Positions 25,624 through 34,903 of a stretch of DNA of 64,000 nt are shown in pieces. The stretch covers positions 1,489 to 65,488 of the forward strand of contig DXJV01000084.1 of the NCBI GenBank assembly GCA_019056785.1, given 5' to 3'. This stretch comes from Candidatus Heimdallarchaeota archaeon (lineage in GTDB: Archaea > Asgardarchaeota > Heimdallarchaeia > JABLTI01). The notes beneath the pieces are model-generated. The model searched no databases. It saw only the letters and a program-made list of their open reading frames with translations, and had not been told where the DNA came from. The translations under genes and the position numbers were made by a program. Within the stretch, counting starts at the first letter, position 1. Every line of letters begins with the position of its first letter.

Positions 25624-26334
25624 ATGACAGAGGTGAATGACAAACCACTCAACATCCTTGCTGTTTTTGCCCATCCAGATGATGAAGCTGGAGTAATTGG
25701 CACCTTAGCAAATCACGTTCAATGTGGTGACAATGTGCACGTCATTTTCTTAACGCAGGGTGAAAACTCCTCAGCTTTGTGCTGTTCACCAGAAGAGATA
25801 AAGGAAATACGTGCAGGCCATGTAAGAAAAATAGAGAAAATCCTCGGTGCAAAATATCGTCTCCTAAATTTCCCAGACTCGGCGGTACATCCCTCCGTTG
25901 AGAGTGCCAAGATTTTATCCGCCCATTTTAAAGAGTTAAAGCCCGATATAGTTATCACGTGGTCACAATCAGATCAACTCGGCACCGGGCATCCTGACCA
26001 TCGGTCTACTTTTACTATCACACTGGATGCACTTTCTTATTGCCGCTATAGGAATCCAGGCGATAAATATGAGCCACATCGCAAATTAGTAGCATTATTT
26101 ACAAACTATTTCCCAAATAGTAGAAGGACGGAAAGCCCTTATTTCGTTGATGTTACGAAACAATTTGATATAATAATGGATGTCCTTGATATTTATGCTG
26201 AAGCGTACGGGGAATGGCGGGTGAAAGAATACATCACCTCTCAGCTAATAATGTATGGGAGAATGGCTGGGGTCAAATATGCAGAAGCATTCAACAAAAT
26301 CATCTGGAGAACCGCATTGCCTTACCTCTTTTGA
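25624..26334 (+). CDS. PIG-L/LmbE family N-acetylglucosaminyl deacetylase
   Basis: LAVFAHPDDEAG and GHPDHRST zinc-site motifs. Confidence 0.8.
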   Translation: MTEVNDKPLNILAVFAHPDDEAGVIGTLANHVQCGDNVHVIFLTQGENSSALCCSPEEIKEIRAGHVRKIEKILGAKYRLLNFPDSAVHPSVESAKILSAHFKELKPDIVITWSQSDQLGTGHPDHRSTFTITLDALSYCRYRNPGDKYEPHRKLVALFTNYFPNSRRTESPYFVDVTKQFDIIMDVLDIYAEAYGEWRVKEYITSQLIMYGRMAGVKYAEAFNKIIWRTALPYLF

Positions 26335-26525
26335 TTCTAAGCTCACCTACTTTGTCCTACAATCGACTTTCCATAACGGTGAAAGTGGCAAAAACTTTTG
26401 TTCTGTGGGGATAAACGACATGAATTATTGAACCTATCGTAATTACATCACAAGATTTAATATTAACAAATAAGACAATAAAGCTAATTTTGAGTTAAAA
26501 ATGGATTTTCAAAGGAGCCAAGAAA

Positions 26526-28742
26526 ATGACTAAAATATTAGCGGAATTTTCGTACAAAAGGCAGGAAGTCAGGAAAGGTTATACGGACAAATACTTGCAC
26601 ATTAACCTTTCGATTTATTCTATTGAGGAAAAACCAATTCCCGAGAAAGTTAAAGATGTGTTTATTGGCGGCAAAGGCTATGATTTGTGGCTCATGTGGG
26701 AATATTTGCCAAGAGACAGAATTGTCAAATGGGATGAACCAGAGAATCCCCTCTGTATTTCGTCCGGCCCTCTTGGGGGGGTAATGGGCTATCCGGGCGC
26801 TGGAAAATCAATTGTAACAGCTATTTCACCTTTAACTGATATCATAATAGATTCTAATGTTGGAGGATTTTTTGGCCCGTGGATGAAATTTGCAGGATTT
26901 GATGCTCTACGCATCGTTGGAAAAGCAAAAGAACCTGTGGTAATTGTAATTGATGGCCTTAAAGAGAAAGTCTGGATTGAATTGGCAGAAGAATTACCAA
27001 CTGAAACCCACCTATTAGCTGACATGCTTAATGAGAAATACATGAATGTAGATAAAGAAACAGGGAAAAATGACCGCCTATATGTTTCTGTTGTTTCGTC
27101 TGGACCCGCTGCAGATCACACTTACTTTGGTTGCTTAAACTTTTCATGGTGGGACAATCGACGAAAAGTGAATCATGTTAAACAAGCAGGCAGAGGTGGC
27201 ACAGGAACAGTTTTTAGAAACAAGAATCTCGTTGCACTTGTGGCGCACTCACCACCTATAAAACTCGAATCAGTTGGCCCCGATGACAGAGACACTTTAC
27301 GTAAGGTAGGCCGAGAACACTCGAGTGAAATCCTTAAATTAGACTCACAACAGAATCGCATGCGAGTAATAGGTACGGCACATTTGCCATCTATTATGAG
27401 TGAATTTGATTTATTGCCAACATACAACTTCAAGTATGGGAGAGATGACAATGGAAAAGATAAAACCTTGTGGGGTGATCACTATGAAAAGATCTTCACC
27501 AACACAGGGAAAGGTTGGGATGGTTGTTGGCGTGGATGTGCAATTAATTGCGCGCATTGTGTAGAAGGATACGAATTGAAAACAGGCCCATTCAAAGGAC
27601 AAAAAGTACTGGTAGATGGACCAGAATACGAAACAATTGCCGGCTGTGGAAGCAATATTGGTATTTTTGACCCACTTCAAGTCGTCGAAATCAATTTCTA
27701 TTGTGACACATACGGAATTGACACTATTAGTTTCGGCACAGCAACAGCTTTTATCATGGAATGTTATATGGCTGGTATTCTCAATAAAGAACGAACTGAT
27801 GGCTTGGAACTCAAATGGGGCAACTTTGAAGCTGTGACAGAATTACTGCATCGAATGGCGCGAGGAGAAGGACAATTCCCACTCATTTTCGCTAAAGGCA
27901 TTAAGAAAATGCAAGAATATTTCAGAGCAAATTACAATCTGACAAAAGAACAAGAGCGATTCATTCAAGACATAGGCATGGCACATAAAGGGCTCGAGTA
28001 TAGTGAATATGTCACTAAAGAATCTTTGGCGCAACAAGGAGGATATGGATTAACTCTTAAAGGCCCACAACATGACGAAGCATGGCTAATATTTCTTGAC
28101 ATGGTCCATAATTACATGCCTACCTTTGAAAATAAAGCAGATGCACTAACATGGTTCCCCTATTGGCGGACCTGGTTTTCCTTGAATGGGCTATGCAAGT
28201 TGCCTTGGAATGATGTAGTCCCAGCGGACAACAAAGAAACAGATGAACCTCACAAAGTTCCAAAACATATTCAATTCTATGCTGATTTCTTTGAAAGTGT
28301 GACAGGTCGACACATGGGCGATTCGCCTAAGGAACGTGAAGCCAATCTCATTCTTATGAGCGAACGGGTCTATCAATTCCAGCGAGTATTTAATGTACGT
28401 CTCGGGCATGGACGACGAGAAGATGACAGCAATCCTCCCTATCGATCAGTTGGCCCAGTAACATTGGAAGAGTACAATAGCCGACTTGATAGGTATGACA
28501 AGCAATTAGCAGAAGAACTTGGAAAGACACTCGAAGAAATAAGAAAAATGCCTGTGGGAGAACGACACGCTTTGACGCGAAAGATACGTGAAGAACGTTA
28601 TCGAAAACTTCAAGATACAGTCTACGAAAAGCGAGGTTGGAATCATAAATCCGGTGTTATTAAAATCTCCAAGGCTAAAGAGATTTGGCCGGAATGGTTA
28701 GTAAAAGAGGTTCTTCCATTCATCAAGGATCTGCAAGATTAA
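26526..28742 (+). CDS. aldehyde:ferredoxin oxidoreductase (AOR) family tungsto/molybdopterin enzyme, long form (738 aa)
   Basis: FIGGKGYDLWL, ENPLCISSGPLGG, SPLTD, AGFDALRIVGKA, GRGGTG, and C-terminal YEKRGWN. Confidence 0.85.
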   Translation: MTKILAEFSYKRQEVRKGYTDKYLHINLSIYSIEEKPIPEKVKDVFIGGKGYDLWLMWEYLPRDRIVKWDEPENPLCISSGPLGGVMGYPGAGKSIVTAISPLTDIIIDSNVGGFFGPWMKFAGFDALRIVGKAKEPVVIVIDGLKEKVWIELAEELPTETHLLADMLNEKYMNVDKETGKNDRLYVSVVSSGPAADHTYFGCLNFSWWDNRRKVNHVKQAGRGGTGTVFRNKNLVALVAHSPPIKLESVGPDDRDTLRKVGREHSSEILKLDSQQNRMRVIGTAHLPSIMSEFDLLPTYNFKYGRDDNGKDKTLWGDHYEKIFTNTGKGWDGCWRGCAINCAHCVEGYELKTGPFKGQKVLVDGPEYETIAGCGSNIGIFDPLQVVEINFYCDTYGIDTISFGTATAFIMECYMAGILNKERTDGLELKWGNFEAVTELLHRMARGEGQFPLIFAKGIKKMQEYFRANYNLTKEQERFIQDIGMAHKGLEYSEYVTKESLAQQGGYGLTLKGPQHDEAWLIFLDMVHNYMPTFENKADALTWFPYWRTWFSLNGLCKLPWNDVVPADNKETDEPHKVPKHIQFYADFFESVTGRHMGDSPKEREANLILMSERVYQFQRVFNVRLGHGRREDDSNPPYRSVGPVTLEEYNSRLDRYDKQLAEELGKTLEEIRKMPVGERHALTRKIREERYRKLQDTVYEKRGWNHKSGVIKISKAKEIWPEWLVKEVLPFIKDLQD

Positions 28743-28750
28743 ATTGATTC

Positions 28751-28784
28751 ACACCATTGATTTGGTGTTCTTTTTCTTTTTTTT
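28751..28784 (+). terminator. hairpin ACACCA ttgatt TGGTGT followed by a T-tract, between convergent genes
   Basis: Perfect 6-bp stem at 28751..28768, then tctttttctttttttt. Confidence 0.35.
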
Positions 28785-28848
28785 AAGAAAACATTCTTTT
28801 TTCTTGTTATTAAAGGAAAAAAAATAAAAAAATGTGAGAAAGTTATTT

Positions 28849-29856
28849 TTACAGGCCATAATATTTCGCCAGCATCGTATAATTGAAAGTATCTGGAAAA
28901 ATACGCCGAATCAAAGAGATCAAGAATTTTTGTTCAAAACTTCCTGCTTGATAACTAATCTTAGGGTTCTTTCTTCGTAGAATCTTGGCGATTTTTCGTG
29001 AAACAACTAAAGGAGGAGGTGAAACAATCAAGTTCTGAACAATTACCTTCCAAACTCTCTTAGCGAAAGCGTAGTGTCGTGAGTTCTTTTCTATTGGCGG
29101 ATTGGCGAGCATCTTCTCCAAATCGATTGAGGTCAACGACTCATTAGTTTCTTTTGTGAGTTTATAGGTATTAATGTTAAAAGAAGTATTTATATCGCTG
29201 GGTAATAAAGCAGAAACTTTGATGTTAAACGATTTTAACTCCATATTTAACCCTTCCGAGAGAATTTTCACAGCAGCTTTTGCAGCAGAATAATGAGTTT
29301 GATAGGGGATGGCAACAAATCCACCTAGGGAACTGGTGTTAATGATTTGACCTGACCCACGAGCAAACATAAAGGGAAGAATAGCTCGAATAACACGAAG
29401 CATTCCAAAGAAATTAATGTCAAAAGTTTGTTTCCATTCTTCCATTGATAAGTCTTCAACGCTTCCAAAAAATCCAATGCCGGCATTGTTAATCAAAATA
29501 TCAATACCATGATTATTAATTGCTTTTGCCTTTTCTTCCATCTCACTTATTGCTTCTTTAACAGAGCTGTCGGAAGTAACATCCATCTTAAAATAAGTGA
29601 TTTTTGCAATAAGAGTATCCAGTTGATTCAGCAGTTCTTTCGGAGCCAGAATCTTTCCTGCTTTTACTTTAGTTTTTTCTTTGTTCACAAATTTCCACTG
29701 TGTATGATCTTGCAAGAAGAGTTGCTTTAAAAGGTCCTTATCAAGAGTCTCCTTTCGACTCGTACCAAAAACGGTATAGCCCTTATACGTGAGAAATATA
29801 GCATGAGATAGGCCCAACCCAGAGGAGGCACCTGTAATAACTACCACTTTGTTCAT
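28849..29856 (-). CDS. short-chain dehydrogenase/reductase (SDR) with a C-terminal extension
   Basis: VITGASSGLGLS (TGxxxGxG), NNAG, and the catalytic YSAAKAAV (YxxxK). Confidence 0.85.
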   Translation of the reverse strand: MNKVVVITGASSGLGLSHAIFLTYKGYTVFGTSRKETLDKDLLKQLFLQDHTQWKFVNKEKTKVKAGKILAPKELLNQLDTLIAKITYFKMDVTSDSSVKEAISEMEEKAKAINNHGIDILINNAGIGFFGSVEDLSMEEWKQTFDINFFGMLRVIRAILPFMFARGSGQIINTSSLGGFVAIPYQTHYSAAKAAVKILSEGLNMELKSFNIKVSALLPSDINTSFNINTYKLTKETNESLTSIDLEKMLANPPIEKNSRHYAFAKRVWKVIVQNLIVSPPPLVVSRKIAKILRRKNPKISYQAGSFEQKFLISLIRRIFPDTFNYTMLAKYYGL

Positions 29857-30007
29857 TTAACTATCTCCAAATATTTTAGACTATTTACAAATAACCCTTT
29901 TTATCCTTTTTCCAACTTTTGTTGAAGTGAGTAATTTTTCATTTTGTTCCAACACAAACCAAAAATTATTATCTTTCCAAAGAGAAGATGTGTTTACTTT
30001 GACTGAA

Positions 30008-30682
30008 ATGGTTGTTGATAGACTAAAAATGATTAAGCTTGTTACATTAGATTTCGATGGAACAACAGCAGATACGATGCCAACTCTAGAGGAAATAGCT
30101 GTTAAATTGATAACAAAATATTATCTTTTGTCTCAGGAGGAAGCAAAAACAAAATACCGATTAACAACGGGCCTGCCGTTCCTGCAGCAAATTGAACAGC
30201 TCTTTCCAGGGCACCCGGCAAATAACGAAGTAATACAACAATTCGAAGAAGAAAAAAAGAACAATATTTTCTCTTTGCCACTTTTTGATGATACAAAAGA
30301 GACAATTAAGTCATTAAAAAACATGGGTTTTATCGTTGCAATTTCAAGTTCCACTACACAACCAACAATTGAAGAATATTGTAGGAAGAAAGGGCTTTTC
30401 GTAGATCAAATATTGGGTTTTCGGGAAGGTTTTGAAAAGGGGAAAGATCATTTTGATTTTTTAATGAAGAAATTTCATCTTACCACAAAGGAAATTCTTT
30501 ATGTCGGTGATTCCTTGAAAGATTGTGAACGTGCCCAAGCTGCGAATATTTTATTCATTGGAAAAATCGGTTTGTTTACAAAGGAAGATTTCGATAGAAT
30601 TTCCCAATCTAAATTAGTGATTACCAAACTTAGCGAGTTAACGGAACTCCTAAAAACCTTTAGAGAGAAAGAGAACAAGTGA
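30008..30682 (+). CDS. HAD-superfamily hydrolase (phosphatase)
   Basis: Motif I VTLDFDGTTADT, motif II ISSST, and motif III/IV K..YVGDSLKD. The ORF opens at GTG 29927; ATG 30008 or 30029 is more plausible. Confidence 0.75.
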   Translation: MVVDRLKMIKLVTLDFDGTTADTMPTLEEIAVKLITKYYLLSQEEAKTKYRLTTGLPFLQQIEQLFPGHPANNEVIQQFEEEKKNNIFSLPLFDDTKETIKSLKNMGFIVAISSSTTQPTIEEYCRKKGLFVDQILGFREGFEKGKDHFDFLMKKFHLTTKEILYVGDSLKDCERAQAANILFIGKIGLFTKEDFDRISQSKLVITKLSELTELLKTFREKENK

Positions 30683-31683
30683 TAGAAAAATTGAAGATAC
30701 GAGCATCAATAGGGACAGCAGCCGTTCTTGGGCTAGAAAAAATCCTCATAACTGTCCCTCCCACAACAGCATATTTTATGTTGTATACTGAGGGTCATTG
30801 TCTCAGCAATTGCAGTTTTTGTCCTCAAGCATATAGCAGCCTGAGCAAAAGCAACAGCCTATCGCGAGTGCTATGGCCAGTTTATGATCTGGAACAAATA
30901 ATCACAGGTCTAAAAAAAACAGCCAGAAAGAGCCTTAAACGAATTTGTATACAAACCATCAATTTTCCAGGTGCGAGAGAACAAATCTTATCTTTGTTAA
31001 CTGAATTTCGAAAAAGTAAAATTTCACTACCAATTAGTATTTGCAGTTTTCCCGTTGACCGGGCTTTTTTGTCACAGATGAAAGAACATGGAGTTACCCG
31101 AATAGGGATCGCCTTTGACTGTGCAACACCAACGATTTTCAATTTAGTTAAGGGGATTAGCCGCGGGCCCACCCTCTCGTGGGCTCTTTTAGAGGAAGCG
31201 CTTGAAGATGCTATCGATATTTTTGGCAATCATTTTGTGAGTACACATCTGATAATTGGTCTGGGAGAAACTGAAAAGGAGGCAGTAGAATTCATTCAGA
31301 AATTCCATGATAAAGGAATAACCATAGGGTTGTTTGCTTTTACACCGGTCCGAGGGACAGCTTTGGAGCATCATCCCAAACCTTCGCTAGTTTCTTATAG
31401 GAGGGTACAACTCGCCAGATTTTTGATAACGAAAAACCTTTCTTCTATTCAAAACATGTCTTTTAATGCTGAAGAAAAGATTCAAACATTTGGCGTCGAA
31501 AAAAAGCAACTTAATGAGGTAATTGCTTCAGGGAAACCTTTTCTGACAAGTGGTTGCCCTCATTGTAACAGACCATTTTATAATGAATCTCCCGGCAAGC
31601 CGCTATACAATTTTCCGAGAAGGCCAACAGAATCTGAACTTGAGGAAATTAGATTAATGCTATACACAGACTTAAAACGATAA
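30679..31683 (+). CDS. radical SAM protein, biotin-synthase-related; candidate archaeal LipS-type lipoyl synthase component
   Basis: CLSNCSFCPQ (CxxxCxxC), GLGETEKE, and the C-terminal Cys pair GCPHCNRPFYNE. The GTG start overlaps the HAD stop by 4 nt. An lplA-like gene lies 600 bp downstream. Confidence 0.45.
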   Translation: MIEKLKIRASIGTAAVLGLEKILITVPPTTAYFMLYTEGHCLSNCSFCPQAYSSLSKSNSLSRVLWPVYDLEQIITGLKKTARKSLKRICIQTINFPGAREQILSLLTEFRKSKISLPISICSFPVDRAFLSQMKEHGVTRIGIAFDCATPTIFNLVKGISRGPTLSWALLEEALEDAIDIFGNHFVSTHLIIGLGETEKEAVEFIQKFHDKGITIGLFAFTPVRGTALEHHPKPSLVSYRRVQLARFLITKNLSSIQNMSFNAEEKIQTFGVEKKQLNEVIASGKPFLTSGCPHCNRPFYNESPGKPLYNFPRRPTESELEEIRLMLYTDLKR

Positions 31684-31807
31684 GCAGATTTTTTAAGAAG
31701 ATGTAAAAATAATAAGTAAAGCAATTATACACTCTCTGTGAGAAATTTTAGAAAGTTGAAAAGAGCTTTGGAGAAATACAGTCTTGTCCGAAGAAGAATC
31801 AAAATTT

Positions 31808-32278
31808 ATGATCTGCCCAAATTGTGGGGCAATTTTAGAAAAAGGAGTTCAATTTTGTGGTTATTGTGGCGTAAATGTTGAAGAGGCAAAAGCAAAAGAG
31901 CAAGAGACTATTAGGGGGCAACAATTTTATCAGACAACACAAGCACAACCACAAACATATGGTAGCAGCTACCGATCCACTTATGGCACAACAACTCTAG
32001 GCGCTGCTGGGGACCTTAGAAAACAAGCAATGGCCGAATCAAAAATAAACCTTGCGTATCTCCTCTCGTGGCTCGCTTTTTGTTTTATGGGGGCAATTGG
32101 ACTTGTCATTGCAATTGTTTCGCTTGTTTTTGTAGGGCAAGCTAAAAAACTCGTGGGAAATGACCCGCGTTTAACGCAAGCATTTGTTTTAGCCATTATT
32201 GCAATAATTGGAAGTTTAATCTCAATTGGAATTATGATCTTCTTATTTACGTCTGGGAATATGTTCCCCTATTTTTAG
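31808..32278 (+). CDS. zinc-ribbon protein with a Q/T/Y-rich linker and a two-TM C-terminal domain (DUF4190/CD225-like)
   Basis: MICPNCGAIL..FCGYCG, then QFYQTTQAQPQTYGSSYRSTYG, then two hydrophobic helices. The ORF opens at TTG 31784. Confidence 0.6.
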   Translation: MICPNCGAILEKGVQFCGYCGVNVEEAKAKEQETIRGQQFYQTTQAQPQTYGSSYRSTYGTTTLGAAGDLRKQAMAESKINLAYLLSWLAFCFMGAIGLVIAIVSLVFVGQAKKLVGNDPRLTQAFVLAIIAIIGSLISIGIMIFLFTSGNMFPYF

Positions 32279-32286
32279 AAACAGAA

Positions 32287-33096
32287 ATGAAAAGAACTAT
32301 AGAAGGCTTGCAAATGGCTCGAGAAGAATGGCGGCTTATTTGGGAAGAAAAAGCAAACAACTGCTATTATAATATGGGCTTGGATAGAGCAATTTTAAAT
32401 GCAGTCTCTAAGAAGAAAGCGCAAAACACCATTCGATTTTATCGTTGGCAACCCTCTGCAGTATCAATTGGTTATTTTCAATCCATGAAAAAGGTTGTTG
32501 ATATTGACAAATGCAAAGAACTGGGAGTTGACTATGTCCGAAGAATTACTGGTGGAGGAGCAGTTTACCATGATTTTGAGGGCGAATTAACTTATTCCGT
32601 TAATTGCCTCGAGGAGAATAAGAAACTACCACAAGAAATAATGAAAATCTATGAGAAAATCTGTGCAGGGATAATTGTTGGGATGCAAAAACTAGGCATC
32701 CAAGCCGAGTTCAAGCCGATTAACGACATTGTCTTAAAAAGCTCGCAAAAGAAGATTTCGGGGAATGCATTAACAAGAAGAGAAGGAGTGGTATTACAAC
32801 ATGGGACTATCCTTCGAAAAGTAAATCTCGAAAAAATGTTCTTCGTGTTAAAAATTCCTGATGAAAAATACAAAACGAAAATGATTTCTTCGGCAAAAGA
32901 ACGTGTCTCGAGCCTCGAGTTGGAACTTGGAACAGCCCCCTCTTTTAGAGAAATTAGGGAAGCGTTAAAAGCAGGTTTTGAAGAAACATTCGAGATAGAT
33001 TTAGTACAAGAGAAAATTACTCCCGAAGAGTTAAAAGAAGCCGAAGAAATAGCAAATAATGTTTTTCAAAATGAGGAATGGCTCTTTAAACGATAG
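32287..33096 (+). CDS. lplA: lipoate-protein ligase A catalytic domain (BPL/LPL family)
   Basis: RRITGGGAVYHDFEGELTYS and the KISGNAL lysine motif. At 269 aa it lacks the accessory C-terminal domain. Confidence 0.8.
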   Translation: MKRTIEGLQMAREEWRLIWEEKANNCYYNMGLDRAILNAVSKKKAQNTIRFYRWQPSAVSIGYFQSMKKVVDIDKCKELGVDYVRRITGGGAVYHDFEGELTYSVNCLEENKKLPQEIMKIYEKICAGIIVGMQKLGIQAEFKPINDIVLKSSQKKISGNALTRREGVVLQHGTILRKVNLEKMFFVLKIPDEKYKTKMISSAKERVSSLELELGTAPSFREIREALKAGFEETFEIDLVQEKITPEELKEAEEIANNVFQNEEWLFKR

Positions 33097-33224
33097 GAAA
33101 AGCAATAAAGAAATGAAAGCTACTTATAAATAAAGAAAGGTTAGTCTTTTTGAGTGCAAATAAGAAAAAATTGTACAAGGCTATTGAAGAACGTAGTGAT
33201 TGAGATATCTGGAGCGAAAAACGG

Positions 33225-33944
33225 TTGAGCCATAAACGAGTTAGAGATCCAAGATTTTACATTGAATACGAATATGATGCAGAAACGAAAGATAAAATCG
33301 AAGATTTATTAACTTTATATTCTACACTTGAAGAGATTCTAACAAAAGCAATTGCATTATTGCATGAACAGCATTTTGGTTCAATCACAAAACGAACTTT
33401 GCCACCGGCCTTTTCACGAACCTTTTCCGCAACCGATGCGATTGCGGACAAGAAATTAGATGAACTTTACCGATTTATCCAAGAAATGAAAGAACAGTTC
33501 CCAAAAGTTGTCCAAGCAAGTAACCAGAAAGAAGTTGACGCTTCAGAGCAAAAGCAGCTAATCCAATTCTCAGAAGAAGCGAATAAGAGGATCATGAAAA
33601 AAATCGACGAGTTAGGAATGCGTTTTAGTAAGATCATCTCAGAGGCAGACCAATCAACAGGAAAGAAAGCAGTCACGGCTGAAATGAGCAAAGAAGAAGT
33701 GTTACAATTAATAAAACGAATTGACAAATTAGAATCAAAACTAACAAAAGCTATTTCTCAGTCTAGAGTAGCAGGACCAATAAGAGGGACTAGCAGAGGA
33801 CCTTTACGAGATCTGGGCGAACCACCAAAAATCGCCGAAATTAAAAAGATTGAAGGACGACCACCAGAGCCGGAGGAACGACCACTTTTAGATGATGTCC
33901 TTGATACGGTAATAGTTTCTGTTGAAAGTAATAAGACTAATTAA
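33225..33944 (+). CDS. hypothetical coiled-coil protein with a Pro/Arg-rich C-terminal region
   Basis: Heptad-like helical stretches (KKLDELYRFIQEMKEQ, LQLIKRIDKLESKLTKA) and PIRGTSRGPLRDLGEPPK..RPPEPEERPLLDDVL. TTG start. Confidence 0.45.
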   Translation: MSHKRVRDPRFYIEYEYDAETKDKIEDLLTLYSTLEEILTKAIALLHEQHFGSITKRTLPPAFSRTFSATDAIADKKLDELYRFIQEMKEQFPKVVQASNQKEVDASEQKQLIQFSEEANKRIMKKIDELGMRFSKIISEADQSTGKKAVTAEMSKEEVLQLIKRIDKLESKLTKAISQSRVAGPIRGTSRGPLRDLGEPPKIAEIKKIEGRPPEPEERPLLDDVLDTVIVSVESNKTN

Positions 33945-34816
33945 AAGAGCGACTCGAGTTCAGGCCAGTAAGAAGCATAGGCTTTATCATTTAACAAACT
34001 CTTTTTCAATGATTCTGCTATTTTGTGATCAACATCATAAAGAATACGACAAATAGCAATGCATGCTTCAATATGATTTTCTTTTTTCAGCTTTCGAAAA
34101 GCATCACGTAAAACATTTCCGGCAGTTTTTTTGTTTAAAATTTTTGACAAAGCCCAGGCAGCATCCTTTGTTTCATCAGGCTTTAGGAGGGCCTTCTTCA
34201 AGAGCGGAGCTGCTGATGCTGCTTGTAAGCAACCCAAGGCATAGGCAGCATTTTTTCGAACCGCTAAATGAGGATCTGTTAGAGCTTCTTGTAGAGGAGC
34301 AATAGCTCTCTTATCATGGATCTCACCTAATGCCCAAGCGGCCATTTCTCGAGTATTGTAGTTTTCGTCACGCAAAAGAGCATCGATGAGTGGTCGAACA
34401 GCTTTCCTTCGCCGGCTTTTTCCGAGGGCGAATGCAGCATTTTGCCGCACGAGATAATGATCGTCTGCTAATGCCTCAATTAAAGGGAGTATATCGAAAT
34501 TGAATTTTGTAAGAAAAGCCAAAGCATAGGCAGCTTCTGCACGAACTTCAGGGCTAGGGTCTTTCCTTAATACTTTCAAAAGTGGGGGAATACTCCTGCG
34601 ATTTTTAATCTCTTTTAAAGCACCGGCAGCAGCACGACGCAAATTTTCATCCTTTGAAGATAAAACATTAATTAAAGGGGTCACAGCCCGGTCGTTTCCC
34701 CATTCACCAAGAATAGTAGCTGCTTGAATGCGGATTTTGGGGTCCTCAGATTGAAGATCACGGATATACTCTGACAAACTTTTTTCAAATTGAGTCATAA
34801 AACCCCACCTGACCAT
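33941..34816 (-). CDS. HEAT-repeat (PBS-lyase type) protein
   Basis: At least six repeats of the form DxxVRxxAAxALGxxxxxxAVxPLIxxL. Confidence 0.85.
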   Translation of the reverse strand: MVRWGFMTQFEKSLSEYIRDLQSEDPKIRIQAATILGEWGNDRAVTPLINVLSSKDENLRRAAAGALKEIKNRRSIPPLLKVLRKDPSPEVRAEAAYALAFLTKFNFDILPLIEALADDHYLVRQNAAFALGKSRRRKAVRPLIDALLRDENYNTREMAAWALGEIHDKRAIAPLQEALTDPHLAVRKNAAYALGCLQAASAAPLLKKALLKPDETKDAAWALSKILNKKTAGNVLRDAFRKLKKENHIEACIAICRILYDVDHKIAESLKKSLLNDKAYASYWPELESLF

Positions 34817-34903
34817 GTTAATAAATTAGTAACTACTTAACTTGAGAAATATAAAGCTATAAGAGTTTTCCTAATATGGAAAACTCATGAACCATCAATC
34901 ATA

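Noticed and set aside
33225-33944. ESCRT-III/Snf7-like protein, suggested by the ~240-aa size, coiled coil and acidic C-terminus
   Set aside because: The N-terminus is not the basic helical hairpin typical of Snf7/CHMP proteins, and no MIM-like terminal helix is evident. The evidence is composition only.
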